53,746 bases of DNA from Octopus sinensis (GCF_006345805.1 NW_021833860.1:1-53746), one strand, 5' to 3'. Counted from the first letter of the stretch, positions 39,635 to 52,705 are shown. A program made the numbers and translations. The notes: generated from the letters alone by a model not told the origin.

Positions 39635-39826
39635 TACAATAATGTTACATTACTCGATAGTCAAGATAAAACTCAGAGTTTCAGATGCCGAAGTGGAAAT
39701 CCACAACACCATCTCTTCGGTTATCTGGCGTTTTCAAATAGCCAGATAACCGAAGAGATGGTGTTGTGGATTTCCACTTCGGCATCTGAAACTCTTGACT
39801 ATCGAGTAATGTAACATATTATTGTA
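39635..39826. repeat. Fold-back inverted repeat (arms ~39635-39729 and 39741-39826, 11-nt spacer)
   Basis: Arms are reverse complements except an 11-nt deletion and a 2-nt indel in the right arm. Confidence 0.95.
39664..39726 (-). ncRNA. Type I hammerhead motif (CCGAAGA core variant), complete
   Basis: AGATAA-CCGAAGA-GATG...CATC-T-GAAAC-TCTGA-GTT-TTATCT; stem I is a perfect 6 bp. Confidence 0.7.
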
Positions 39827-39842
39827 TATATATATATATATA

Positions 39843-39906
<64 letters not shown>

Positions 39907-40680
39907 TGTGTGTGTGTGTACACGCGCGTGTGTGTACACGCGCGTGCGTGTTTCTCTATACATATATTTCTTTCTGTCTCTGATTCATCAGACCCTACTA
40001 TCACTTTAGTTAGTACAATAAATACCTGCGTCTATTTTTAGAAACTTGACCAGTATATCTTATTATCTATCCCTTCTTTTCTAAGGTTTACGTATCACTT
40101 TATTACACCCACCCCGCCGTACCATTTTCTCCACCTTACTGCCTTTCAAACATATCACCACCACCTCCCACTTCTCACACATATTCCTTCTTTACATTCT
40201 TATCTCTTCTTTCTATCCCTCCTCCTATTCTACTGATAGTCCTCTCTTACCCCCCCTTCATATCGTGACCACTATCTAGCACTCTTTTCTTTCTTTGTTT
40301 TCCTTTTAGACCAATACTATCCTCCTTCTAACATACATGTCTATTCTCTACTCTCTATCTACCTATCCCATACGTTCTCAAAATTTCTTTCACACCACAG
40401 GAACCCCCTTTGAATGGGCGGCACATAGAATTTATGTCTCCACGTTATCCACTCGTAATAACAAAACATGAACTCCTATCGGAATCTACATGCCATGAAC
40501 ACGAAGCACATCTACCCATTCTAGGCAGCACTTTCCTCGGATAATGGAACTGCAGCTGTAACGTCCTACATATATTTTTATTTTTATTCTCTTATCTCCC
40601 TTTAAACTTCATATATCTATCCTTCTATCTTTTTCCAAAATAACTCCTTATATTTCCCTCCATTCAACTCTCTCATATCG

Positions 40681-40726
40681 TCTCTCATGAAGGGATATCC
40701 CTAATATCCCAGAAACAGCTGTAAGA
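40681..40726 (+). ncRNA. Hammerhead family A motif with G5-to-C mutation
   Basis: TCT-CTCATGA-A-GGGATAT...ATATCCC-A-GAAACAGCTGTA-AGA. Confidence 0.65.
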
Positions 40727-40885
40727 CTAACTTTCTCTTCATGTCTTAAAATTCCACACAGCTTTGGCTTTGTTGTCTCAGTTTATTTAACACACACACC
40801 CACCCACATATATATGTGTCCGCGTGTGTATCGTTGGCGATTTTCTTTCTCCATCTTCCCTTCCTTGGACCTTTCCTTTTTCTAT

Positions 40886-40920
40886 GTTTCTGACGAAGGG
40901 CCCCGCTCGAAACGTTAAAT
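40886..40920 (+). ncRNA. Minimal hammerhead family B, intact CTGACGA core
   Basis: GTTT-CTGACGA-A-GGG-ccccg-CTC-GAAACGTT-AAAT; lies in repeat 40822-41018. Confidence 0.75.
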
Positions 40921-41014
40921 CCTCCTTCTTTCTTTCCTTTCCTGAGCGTCCAATATATTTGTTCCGCGTCCTCGCGTTGTTGTGTTTTCTCTTTGTGTTT
41001 TCATGTTTGGATTA

Positions 41015-41048
<34 letters not shown>

Positions 41049-41049
<1 letters not shown>

Positions 41050-41159
41050 GTATCTGCAAGATACCGCCACGCTGGAAATAGCAGCCAAAATCTGACTCTA
41101 AAACCACATTAATGTGGATTTTAGCTGTTGTTTCCAGCGTGGCGGTATCTCGTAGATAC
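41049..41159. repeat. Short MITE-like inverted repeat (~43-bp arms)
   Basis: GATACCGCCACGCTGGAAATAGCAGCCAAAATC and GATTTTAGCTGTTGTTTCCAGCGTGGCGGTATC. Confidence 0.85.
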
Positions 41160-41758
41160 CCTAAATTATAATTTTAATAATAATTATTACCTTTGAAGGT
41201 TTTTATTCCCCTGCTGGTCACTTGATAAGATCGATATTTAATTTAAATTAACAATATTAATATTATGCTTATATATATATATATATATACCCATGTACGT
41301 ATGTATATATATATCTGTATGTGTGTGTGTGTGTGTGAGTACGTGTGTGTATGTGTGTATTCATGTAGGTTTTCTTCTTTCTATAAATTACAATTAATTT
41401 TGACCGGCCATCTGCTTTCTAGCAAGGTTATGAAGGGAAGTACCTTGTTTTATTATTCATCTTTTGCTTGAGGATGTCTCGCATATTTTTATATCCCAGA
41501 TACCGTGATCCTCTTGTGGTGTACATAAGTACGTATGTATATGTATGTGTATGCATGGTGTATATGTGTGTGTGGGTTCACATGTGTGTGGGGGAGTGTA
41601 CATATGTGTTCTTTCCTCCTCCCGTCACTCTCGCTACGTGTCACTGCGTAATCTAGTCTCAAACATCATCGCCCACACTTTCCAAACGAAACCAGGAATC
41701 CATCTTTTCCGATGGTTTTCCGAAAAACACTAGTCTGCATCTATTTCATTTGAAATGA

Positions 41759-42078
41759 AGGCGTGTGGCTTCACGGATAGAGTATCCGGTTCATGACCGT
41801 AAGGTTGTGAGTTCGTTTCCCGGAAGTACATTCTGACCTTGAGCGACAGACTTTATTTCACGTCATTCCTGTCCACTCAGCTAGCAAACATGAGCATTAC
41901 CTGTAATTCTAAAGGGCCATATTTGTTACACCCTGTGTCACACTGAATTTCCCTGAGAACTACGTTAAGGGTAGGCATGTCTGCGGGGTGCTTAGTCGCT
42001 TACACATTAATTTCACTAGCAGGCCGTTCAGTTAACCGGATCAACTGGAAAATCTTCGCCGTAACCGACGGAGTACCA
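41759..42078 (+). mobile_element. SINE family E (CORE-like middle, 3' half shared with family C); a SINE B head fragment follows at 42085-42161
   Basis: GGCGTGTGG...GAGTTCGTTTCCC head, GACCTTGAGCGACAGACTT, and tail GAGAACTACGTTAAGGGT...GTAACCGACGGAGT. Confidence 0.8.
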
Positions 42079-42841
42079 ATTTATTTCACAGAACATAAAG
42101 ACAGACGAAATACCGCTAAGCATTTCGCCCGGCGTGCTAACGTTTCTGCCAGCTCGCCGCCTTCCATAACTAAAATATTATTTTGTTTAATGATCTCTGT
42201 TTAAAAGATATATTAACCGTAAATTAACTAAACTTTTACACAGATCTAATTAACACTTCTCACAGTATCTGAACATTAAAGTAAGGTCTGGACCAAGATA
42301 TTATATAAGAACAATATGTTGCCTTATTTCCAGTTTTAACTGGATATAACCAGCATGAGTAGGCGAATATAACTGCGATAAACATTGAAACCTACTGTAT
42401 GATTATCAGGCGTTACGCAGGCATGAAAGACCGAATTTCTGTGATTCCAATCGATCCATCCCACAATGTATGATCTCAACACTTCTGGCCTTCTTTCAAC
42501 AATTTTGCCCTTGAGGGCAACAGTGTTGAAAGACAAGTGAAATAACATTGGGGATTGAAACCGTGGTGTTTCTTGGCGTCATTTTGTGGTTTACAGTCGT
42601 CAATAGGCTTCAACGAGATATGACTCTGTCACAATTTAATCTCATTGGGTCTCTGACCTTTTCTCAATCTAAGAAACATCACAATGTCAAAAATACTGGA
42701 AATGACAGGAGCGTTCAGAGTGGAGGTGAGAGGTTATCAGTCTAACTAACCCAGTAATTTCAAGTTCGTGCCTTATCTCAACTCTACACTCCACCTAGAT
42801 CTAATTAAGTGTCACAATTATAAATTTTCCCACTACGCTTA

Positions 42842-42882
42842 GATTGCTGACGAGATCCAATAAGACTAAAACATGTCCATTC
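42842..42882 (+). ncRNA. Decayed minimal hammerhead
   Basis: GATTG-CTGACGA-...-AAAAC-ATGTC-CATTC; palindromic stem III ACATGT plus C; G12 mutated to A. Confidence 0.45.
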
Positions 42883-43052
42883 CTGTCAATATCCTGACAA
42901 AAATGGATAAGTTTTTCTCTTACACATGACAATTTTTATTTAATCATTTCTTACTCTCTCGAGATCTTCTCCCCTTTCTGAATCACTAAAAATTGCGCCA
43001 CCTGTTTTCTTCTTTTTTTTCTCACAAAAGCACACATTTCAATTTATTATCC

Positions 43053-43098
<46 letters not shown>

Positions 43099-43099
<1 letters not shown>

Positions 43100-43757
43100 G
43101 AGTGAGCGAGCAGAGCATGCCATCAAAGTGACACTGGGGTAAAATATACGAAGCCCAGTATACCCATCATGACTACCCGTCTGATAAAGGTACACCAGGC
43201 ACATGCATTACAACCATATGTGCGCGACATGGTGATCTCATATCAAGATAAACAGCACATGACCTTGCAGGTGGAGCCCAGTTAGAATTTTCTTCAGATC
43301 GAGTAACCCATCCCGCTCAAAAGGACGTTGAACGAAACACCCATGTTTCCAGAGGTGAATTATTCAAACCCCAAAGAATCCTTCTCAACACATGGCTATG
43401 ATGCTCCCCCACTACTTCTGATCGTGATCAGAGATGCACATATCGTCAGCCACTAAGGGACATGCTCAACTGGTTAAGGTCAAACAACTGACAAGCAAAT
43501 CTGTGGTATTGAGCAGAATATTTGCTGTAGCCCATCTTTTATACCAAGACAAAACAATGTACATGATAACACTTCCAATCAGTTAAGATCAGAAGCAATG
43601 AGAGCCACTACCTGGTACTGCATCAGGGCATATGATGCTCCCCCACTACTTCTGCTCGTGATCAGAGATGCACATATCGTCAGCCATGATGCTCCCCCAC
43701 TACTTCTGCTCGTGATCAGAGATGCAGATATCGTCAACCATGCACATATCGTCAGCC
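43099..43757 (-). mobile_element. Unclassified non-coding interspersed element bounded by (TAA)n, with reiterated 54-bp block
   Basis: Flanked by (ATT)n on both sides; ATGATGCTCCCCCACTACTTCTG...ATCGTCAGCC occurs three times (~43397, ~43632, ~43686). Confidence 0.6.
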
Positions 43758-43826
<69 letters not shown>

Positions 43827-43949
43827 TATTATTATTATCATTATTATTATTATTATTATCATCATCATTATTGAAGATGTCGTACAGTATCCAATATTGT
43901 GATGTTATAGATTGAAGATATTGTGTGTACCGCGTGTTCATACTGTCTA

Positions 43950-45080
43950 TCAAGTCACAAGAAGGACCTCAGACGGATGATACTTTACGTAGTATGCAGG
44001 CAGTTCCAACTAAGGCGTTTTTGCTATACACCAAGATTGTGTAGTATTTCTAAAGTGTTCAGATGTTTCTCCAGGTCGGGTGGTATTGAACCCAATGCTC
44101 CGATGACAATAGGGATAACCTTTATGTTCGACTATCGTAGCTGCCACATCTTAGAGATCTCAATCCTCAGGTCTCCATATTATCAACCTTTCTCTTTCTC
44201 TCATGATGATATGTTGATCTCATGGCACTGTCACATAAATTATTAAACACTAATTGCTTGTCCTTCCGAAAGGTTACTATATCTGGATTTCGGTGCTCTA
44301 AGACCTTGTCTTTCTGGAAGTCAAGTCCCAGAAGACCATTGCCTTCCCATTTTCGTCCATTTCAGCTTCTGGTGTGTGTTGGTACCAAGCACCCGTTACC
44401 TCTTATACATATTTCCGGCATAGTGGAGGCGCAATGGCCCAGTGGTTAGGGCAGCGGACTCGCGGTCATAGGATCGCGGTTTCGATTCTCAGACCGGGCG
44501 TTGTGGGTGTTTATTGAGCGAAAACACCTAAAGCTCCACGAGGCTCCGGCAGGGGATGGTGGTGATCCCTGCTGTACTCTTTCACCACAACTTTCTCTCA
44601 CTCTTACTTCCTGTTTCTGTTGTACCTGTATTTCAAAGGGCCGGCCTTGTCACTCTGTGTCACGCTGAATATCCCCGAGAACTACGTTAAGGGTACACGT
44701 GTCTGTGGAGTGCTCAGCCACTTACACGTTAATTTCACGAGCAGGCTGTTCCGTTGATTCGGATCAACCGGAACCCTCGTCGTCGTAACCGATGGAGTGC
44801 TTCCATCTATCCACTTCCGGCATAGTAGCCTATGAAAGTTATGGGCTACATCGTCATGTCTGCGCTTGGACTGTTTCAGCAGAAAGACATTATTATCAAT
44901 GGTATTGTATTACTTCTCAGAGCGCGTAGTCTTGTTTGTTCTGGTAGATTCTGAGAGAGCAGACAGCAGCGGTCTCACAAAGTCTCTTTCCGCACGTTAC
45001 AAGCTTTGATACTTGGTTGTTAATTATCGTGGGAGACATCCAACATCCAAGTACCAATCTGAAAATTCTAGCTGTCCCCA
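43950..45080 (-). mobile_element. Decayed R4/Dong-type LINE (zinc-knuckle/RLE region) interrupted by a SINE
   Basis: Minus-strand pieces WYQHTPEAEMDEN, DKVLEHRNPDIV and ALVGTACILRKV; the sequence continues across the SINE at 44425-44814. Confidence 0.75.
44425..44814 (+). mobile_element. Young SINE family C with 12-bp target-site duplication
   Basis: TTCCGGCATAGT at 44413-44424 and 44815-44826; nearly identical to 9346-9731. Confidence 0.95.
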
Positions 45081-45115
45081 GCAAAACAGTTTTTATTATT
45101 ATTATTATTATTATT

Positions 45116-45740
45116 CAGTAGTTTTATTTTTATAGCGGCTTTCACTTCACTACCGAGCGCAGCTCTGTGTGCCTTGGGTATGTGCTGTGATTTGTTGTGA
45201 TTCTCTGATTGTTATTGTATGGAAAGTGTTCTGCGTAGGATGTGTACAGTGCCTAGTAGTGCAATTTTCTGTATGTTACATGTGTTTGTAAGTCCTGGTG
45301 TTTTTGTTATGTATTTATCTGAATATTTTTTTATAATGCCTAATGCACCTACTATGATAGGAATTGTTTCTGTTTTTAGATTCCACATTCTGGTTACCTC
45401 TATTTCCAGGTCCTTGTATTTTGAAAGTTTCTCCATTTCTTTTAGAGACACGTTGTCATCTGCTGGTATTGATACATCAATTAGAAAGCATTTTTTTCCT
45501 TCATGATCTCTGACAACTATATCTGGTCTGTTGGCTTTAATTTCTCTATCTGTGTGTATCGGCATATCCCAGAGTATGGTTGCTTTCTCGTTTTCTGTGA
45601 CCTTTTCTGGTGTGTGCCTATACCATCTTTTTTCTGTTGTTATTCCATAATGTTGGCATACCTTCCAGTGTATGTAGGTCCCAACTCTGTCGTGCCTGTG
45701 AATATATTTCTTCTTAGCCAGGACTGGGCAGCCAGAGATA
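45116..45740 (-). mobile_element. R4/Dong-type LINE 3' end with open RLE domain, in (TAA)n
   Basis: ISGCPVLAKKKYIHRHDRVG...ILWDMPIHTDREIKANRPDIVV...FLIDVSIP...EKLSKYKDL...IIVGALG...ALLGTVHILRRTL, stop at 45212, then UTR. Confidence 0.92.
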
Positions 45741-45800
45741 ATATGATTTATTATTATTATTATTATTATCATTATTATTATTATTATTATTACTACTATT

Positions 45801-45877
<77 letters not shown>

Positions 45878-45944
45878 CATTATTATTATTATTACTATTA
45901 TTATTATTATTATTATTATCATTATTTATGGTTTCCTTTCATTA

Positions 45945-46678
45945 TAGCTTTATTTCAGCTGCCTTATTACCGGGCATCCTCCGGAGGCCAAGAGTAGCAA
46001 GGGCACTTTTGTTTTGCTATGCGTGCTAAAATTATCACCACATTTATTCCATTTTAGATAGAGAGTGCTTTCCGTAGTATATGGGCTGTACCAATACACT
46101 GTAATACCCATATACTTGTAGTTCACGGAGATTGGAGTTGTCAGGCAGTTGCTTAATATACTTCTCAGCTCCCTTCTTTATCATTCCCAACGAACCAGTT
46201 ACTACAGGTATTATCGTAGAGCTAAACTTCCACATTTTTGTGATTTCAATTTGCAGATCTTTATAGCGAGAAAACTTTTCGTACTCTTTTCTTGAAACAT
46301 TTTCATCTTGTGGGATAGACATATCTATTGACAGACAAGTTTCTCTGTGGTCTCCTTGATCATAATGTCTGGTCGATTGGAGTCAATTTTTCTGTCTGTT
46401 TGTATTGGAAAGTTCCAACGGATGGTGACACCCTCACTATTTACTACATCCTCTAGGTGTTGCCTGTACCACTTACCATGGGATTTAATTTCGCAGTATT
46501 TACAAGCATTCCAGTGGATTGCCTGCCCCAGTCTCTCATGTCTTATGAGGTATTCCTTTTCAGCGAGGACTGGGCAGACAGAAACAACTTCATCAATGTC
46601 TTCTCTGAATTTTCCGCAAATTCTGCATGAAGGGTCAGATCCAACTTTAAGGACGTAGTTTCTGATCTTAAGCTGCAA
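45945..46678 (-). mobile_element. Second R4/Dong-type LINE 3' end (frameshifted), in (TAA)n
   Basis: CRICGKFRE...VVSVCPVLAEKEYLIRHER...WNFPIQTDRKIDSNRPDIMI, then SIPQDENV...RYKDL...IPVVTGSLG. Confidence 0.9.
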
Positions 46679-46705
46679 TAACTATTATTATTATCATTAT
46701 TATTA

Positions 46706-46788
<83 letters not shown>

Positions 46789-46794
46789 ATTATT

Positions 46795-46956
46795 ATTCGT
46801 CCGTCTTTACGTTCTGAGTTCAAATATCGCCGATGTCGACTTTTCCTTTCATCCTTTCGGTGTCGATAAATTAAGTACCAGTGAAACACTGGGGTCGATG
46901 TAATCGACTATCCTACTTCCCCACAAATTTCAGGCCTTGTGTCTATTGTAGAAAGG

Positions 46957-46960
<4 letters not shown>
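46795..46960 (+). mobile_element. 5'-truncated SINE family B within (ATT)n; further degenerate copies at ~24030-24215, ~48090-48290 and 49045-49247
   Basis: GAGTTCAAAT...CCTTTCATCCTTTCGGTGTCGATAAATTAAGTACCAG. Confidence 0.85.
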
Positions 46961-46990
<30 letters not shown>

Positions 46991-46991
<1 letters not shown>

Positions 46992-47070
46992 CAGGTGGTG
47001 CTATTAAGTTAGACATGGCCTGGGCCAATAATGGCCGGAACCTATCAAAGTATCAAGGTATCATTATTAT
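46991..47070 (+). mobile_element. Isolated CR1/L2-group 3' UTR end
   Basis: TCAGGTGGTGCTATTAAGTTAGACATGGCCTGGGCC matches ~35006-35041. Confidence 0.7.
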
Positions 47071-47076
47071 TATTAC

Positions 47077-47108
<32 letters not shown>

Positions 47109-49890
47109 GCACATGTCCTTCAGTACATAAATCAATCAGTCCCTCCTTGATTAATTTCTCTCCATGCATTGCATATTTTTGCGCTGTCTCTTATCTCGAC
47201 TGTGTGCAAGAGAATTCCGAATGACCTAGATGTACAATAAACATGGCTAGCTTCCTAGTCTTCTTAAATGCTGAGAGGAGAGCATTAGCAACAAATGTGT
47301 CTCTCATTCATAGTAATCGAGTTCGTTTCCTTTTGGAGCTTGAAACACGATAGAAAAAAAAAAACTGACATCGTGACTTATAATTTGTTCAAGACCACTG
47401 TCAGCTCTTCATCGTTTCTTAGTAGTGAACCTTACAAACATTTAGTAGTCCACCTCACAACGTACTAAACAATATTTTCAGAATGTATTGATATTAACTT
47501 AGATAGATATCCGTTCTTGAGTCAGAAACAAAATGAAAATTTCTCATAAAACAGCAACAGGAAATATGATAATTGAAAGACGGATTGGGGAAGGAACTAA
47601 AGGAAACTCGCACGATATTTGTGGAATAACACTCTATCGCATCAAAATAAATGTTTCCCCATACAAAAAAAAAAGAAAGTCACTTCTTCCAACCAATTAT
47701 ATCTTTGCAATTTCAACCAATGAAACAGTCTGTCATTACAAAAAAAATCTCTTAAATCAATCAACAAAATGGGAACAAGTTGGAATATATTTACTCCCAG
47801 CAATAACATCTAAGAAGTCTTTAGATTTAATAATATCTGGCTATCAATATTTATATAGAAAGAGTTTTTTTTTAAAAAAAAACGGAACCTTATTTATATC
47901 CCCACTTCCCAGTTTTTAGTGATAATATATGTTGTTCTTATTAAAAGTCGAACAATTCCATGATAAGACATCGAGTCTTTTAGACTTGCGATAAAAACGA
48001 TTTTTGGCAACCGACTCTGTTTCGTTGTTTCAGCTTCTAATTGACTTGTGACCTTATTTATCCATGGCTAATTCCGTCTCTAACATTTAACCGAACCAGA
48101 CCGGTGGATGGACAGATTCAGGAAAAAGTCGGACGAAATGACGGGTGCTGTTTAGTTATTGACTCTTTATGCTTTTGAATTGAAATCCTGCTGAGGTCAA
48201 CTTTGTCTTTCATCTGCCCAGGATCGATAAAATAAACTACTAATCGAGAACCGGGGTCGATTTAATCGACTGTACCCTCTGCAGAATGCATGGCAATTTG
48301 CCAATGTCAGGAATCAATATTTAACCAGACCTCCATTCAATGTTCTTTTGTTTCGGGGATACTAACAACCAGGCATATATTTATACGCATAGTCATAGAG
48401 AATCAGATATACATAAATATATACACAAACACACACACACACACTCAAACATACACACACATACATTCACATAAGTAAACGCATTCACACAAACACACAG
48501 ATTTATACCTACACATGTATATGTATGATGTACGTTAGGGTGTGTGCTTGTGCAATATATATACATATAAGCATTCGGGTGTCGATATACACATACATTC
48601 AGACACGCACACTCTCAAACGCGCGGGCGAAGCCATACATACACACATACACACATGCATTTGGGTGTATGAAAGGGGCAGGAGAATATTCCAGTCTACG
48701 TTCAAACTCTATTTGAAGGGGGCAGTTCCCACGTCCCCACATTGATTCAGATAATAACAAACCGAACAAACAAATGGTTTCTCAACGACATCCATCAGGA
48801 ATGGTTGAAACATGAAAGAATCTTCTAAATTTTGTTGTGAAAATCCAGTTCCAGTTCCTTCCTTCTTGGAAGAATACTGGTAAATAAATATTCGAGAAAG
48901 ACATGCATAAACGTTTTTATTGCTATTTCTAATTCTTGTTGATGAAGAATACATAGAGTATGTAATTTCACCGCGTTGATGGTATAACCAACCAGCTTGC
49001 AGTTGGTCAATCGGATAGTCTGTTTGATATCAATAGTGATTTCAAATTTTGGTACAAGGTCAGCAATTTCGGGTGGAAAAGCGATTGCATCGACCCCAGT
49101 ACTCCGCTGGTACTTATTTTATCAACCCCGCAAGGATAACTGGCAAAGTCGACCTCGGTGGAATTTGAACTCGGAACATAAAGATGGACAAAATGCCGAT
49201 AAGCATTATGCCTGCCGTGCTAAAGATTATACAAGCTCGCTGGCTTCTTGTTGGTATTAATATCACAATAATTACATGTGTGATATATTGGTACATCACA
49301 TTTCACTATTCGTAGGAAACTAGTTATAATTAAAAGAATTTTTCCAAAATATATACTTTCGACTCCGCATTTCAGAAGTCAGAAGGCTGCATAAAACTTT
49401 TCTACTAATGAGAATGCGACGATTTCAACAACGGACCTAAATGTATTGAAACTTTTGATTCCATCGTTCATTAGCTCCCAGGCGTAGTAGGATAATGATG
49501 TACACTTATATGCACGCAAGTATATATTGAGAGAGAGACAGAAAGAGTTCTATAAAATCGTGGATGACTAAATGGAGAGAGTAGCTGAAAATTATTCAAT
49601 AAGTCGGCGTTTTATATCACGGCCTTCATACGGCTCTCAGCCTGGGTTCAATATTTTAATAATTAAAACTATCCAAACACATTTTCCAGAAATAAAACAG
49701 TTGGGGCGGTTCATTACCCCAATCCGCAGAGGTACTCTTAAGTCACCAGTGATTTCCTACTATCTTGTATTGATATTAATCTATCTGTGTGTGTGTGTGT
49801 GTGTGTGCGATGTGTGTGTGTGCGTGTGTACGTGCGTATGAAATATAACACATGTGCGTATTAATGGATGTGAGTGTGTATCCCAATCAA

Positions 49891-50300
49891 TAGGAGTGGC
49901 TGTGTGGTGAGTAGCTTGTTTACCAACCACATGGTTCCAGGTTCAGTCCCACTGCGTGGCACCTTGGGCAAGTGTCTTCTACTATAGCATCAGGCTGACC
50001 AAAGCCTTGTGAGTAGACTTGGTAAAAGGAAACTGAAAGAAGCCCGTCGTATATGTGTATATGCATGTGTGTGTGTGTGTTTGTGTGTCCGTGTTTGTTC
50101 CCCAACATCACTTGACAACCGATGCTGGTATGTTTACGTCACCGTAACTTAGCGGTTCGGCAAAAGAGCCGATAGAATAAGTAGTAGGCTTGCAAAGAAT
50201 AAGTCTTGGAGTCGATTTGCTCGACTAAAAAGGCGGTGCTCCAGCATGGCCGCAGTCAAATGACTGAAACAAATAAAAGAGTAAAAGAATAAAAGAGTAA
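49891..50300 (+). mobile_element. Full-length SINE family A (CORE-like)
   Basis: Head, GGCACCTTGGGCAAGTGTCTT (resembles the CORE CCTTGGGCAAGTCACTT), tail GGCGGTGCTCCAGCATGGCCGCAGTCAAATGACTGAAAC, then (TAAAAGA)n. Confidence 0.93.
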
Positions 50301-51935
50301 GTATTTATATTGTCTTAAATAAAAGAAACGAAAGAGAAGGCTCATCGTCATATTATTACCATGATCATCGTCAACAACAGCAACAGCAACATACCATAGA
50401 ATTTACCATTATCTTCATCACTGTCGTCGTTGTTGTCTTCGATGTCACCATTCCTTACTGTTTCCGTGTTCTTCATAATGGCGATGAAGGTGTTTGTTGA
50501 CAGTAACAATAGTCACAGGAAAAAGTGCCAGAATGACTGGGTTTTTTGTTCTTGTTTTAATTGTTATCGTTGTTGTTGTTTTTTTCGTTTTTATTTCGCA
50601 TTTAAAAACTCGTAAACTCTTCTTAGATTATCAATTTCCAGGTTTCGTTCAATTTAAACACTGTTTCGCATATATCTCGATCCGAATATCCATTTCTCTG
50701 CACAAAAGTAAAACCGTTCTGATGTTTGTTTACAGTCTTTTATTCTGTAAATGGTTTTGCTGCAGGGCAACTGTCGCTTGTCTATTTGTTGGTTTCTATT
50801 CCACGCCATGGCCATATTTAACAGTCCTTTCACGTTTCTTTACTTTTGTTACACGAGCAGAAATCTAAAACGGCAATTCTCTTCGTTCCTTCATTTCGAA
50901 GGAAGAAATTCGAAAGGCATATTGAAAAGAAATGACGGTAACAGAACTAATCTGAATGTGAATATAAAGAAGAAAAAAATACATGGAAATACCATGTTTA
51001 TCTATTAACAGGTCGTTAGAGCTTTCTTTTCTTGTCTCTTTTTGGTATATTTTGGAAAAGTTAGCCTTGGAACTATCACGAAATCACGTAATATTTTTAC
51101 CACAAAACAGATGTGTCTACACTCTTCTTTTTTTTATTTCTCACCTAACCAAATTAATCCCACTGATAAAAGACAAATATTGTATTAGCTGTACAAAAGA
51201 TGTCAAGCAAACTTAATTTGATAGTGTAATAGAATCAGGGAAAGTGCTCAGCGAAGGATCATTTCAAAACTAAACTCAAAGTAGCCGTGACGCTGTTTTT
51301 CCTGGTAAAGTTTATATCGGTTGACATTCAGTTTTTCTCAACTTGTTTTTGATTTCATCTTAGACTATTAGGAATTCTTCACACTTCACTAGAATACATT
51401 AAAGAATTATCGGATTAAAAAAAAAAAGTTGTTATTCCATGACTTATTTTATTACTGTATATCAAGAGAAAACAGGACATGATTTAGTGGAAGGTATCCA
51501 GCATTGGTTAAATAAACTCAGAAACAAACTTTGCACGAAGACTGTGCCGTAGCATGGCCGTAACCATGATAGATAAAAACCATCTACAGAACTAACGAAA
51601 GGAAGCAGTGAGTTTATAAGACTAGAAATTCAAATTTGATGAGATAATAAGGCGCCCAGAAATTTGATGTCAGGTCCGGTGCAAGATTCTAACGGAAAGA
51701 ATAAAATCAATAACGATTTCCATAACTTTGTTCGACCATTTCTGTGGGTTTTCTATTTGTAGAGACAGGCAATAATAGGTGACCAACCCTATTGATTTTT
51801 AGTGAACAGAAGTAGGAAATTGTGATGAGAGGAAGGGAAATTGTAAGAATAAAAAATAGTGGTCTCCTATATATATATATACACATATATATATATATAT
51901 ATATACAACACACACACACACACACACACACACAC

Positions 51936-51989
<54 letters not shown>

Positions 51990-52105
51990 TACATATATAC
52001 ATACATATATATACATATATACGTTGGTACTGGATTAATTTAAAATACCATTAATATACATATACATACATACATACATACATACATACATACATACATA
52101 CATAA

Positions 52106-52136
<31 letters not shown>

Positions 52137-52584
52137 TATATAAAAAATAAAAAAGAGTGAAAAAACTACAGAAGGCTTGTGTTATAAGGTTAAAGAATAT
52201 ATTTAAGTCGTTATGTAAGAAAAATGTTATAAATTTTTGTGTATACTAACATAGTTTTTGGAGAAATAACCGGTTTCGTGTTTTCTTTTCAAATTTCTCA
52301 AATTTATTTACCTATATTGTGTCATATCTTCGCTATGTTGTGAAGAATTTTTATATAAACTTTCGAGAGAGCGTGAACAAACTCTTTTGCAGAATATTTC
52401 GATGCATAGACACAAAGCTACAAACAATAGTATACAAACGTTGGATTAAAGAACTCTTTAGGAGAGAAAAATGTCGAAGTGAACGAAGAAAAAAATTAGT
52501 ATTTAACGCATTTAATTGGCATTATATACATTTTTAATTATATTTTAAGTTAGAGTTAAGTCAAACTGTTATTCATTAAACAGC

Positions 52585-52705
<121 letters not shown>

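Noticed and set aside
43260-43330. Possible HDV-like ribozyme (UCUAAC J4/2-like motif on the minus strand)
   Set aside because: I could not assign P1, P1.1, P2 and P3 pairings by eye; an RNAMotif search on the family consensus would be needed.
52266-52285. GAAACCGGTT (palindromic stem III-like) on the minus strand; similar half motifs near 1110 and 35840
   Set aside because: No recognisable CUGANGA core or stem I at a suitable distance.
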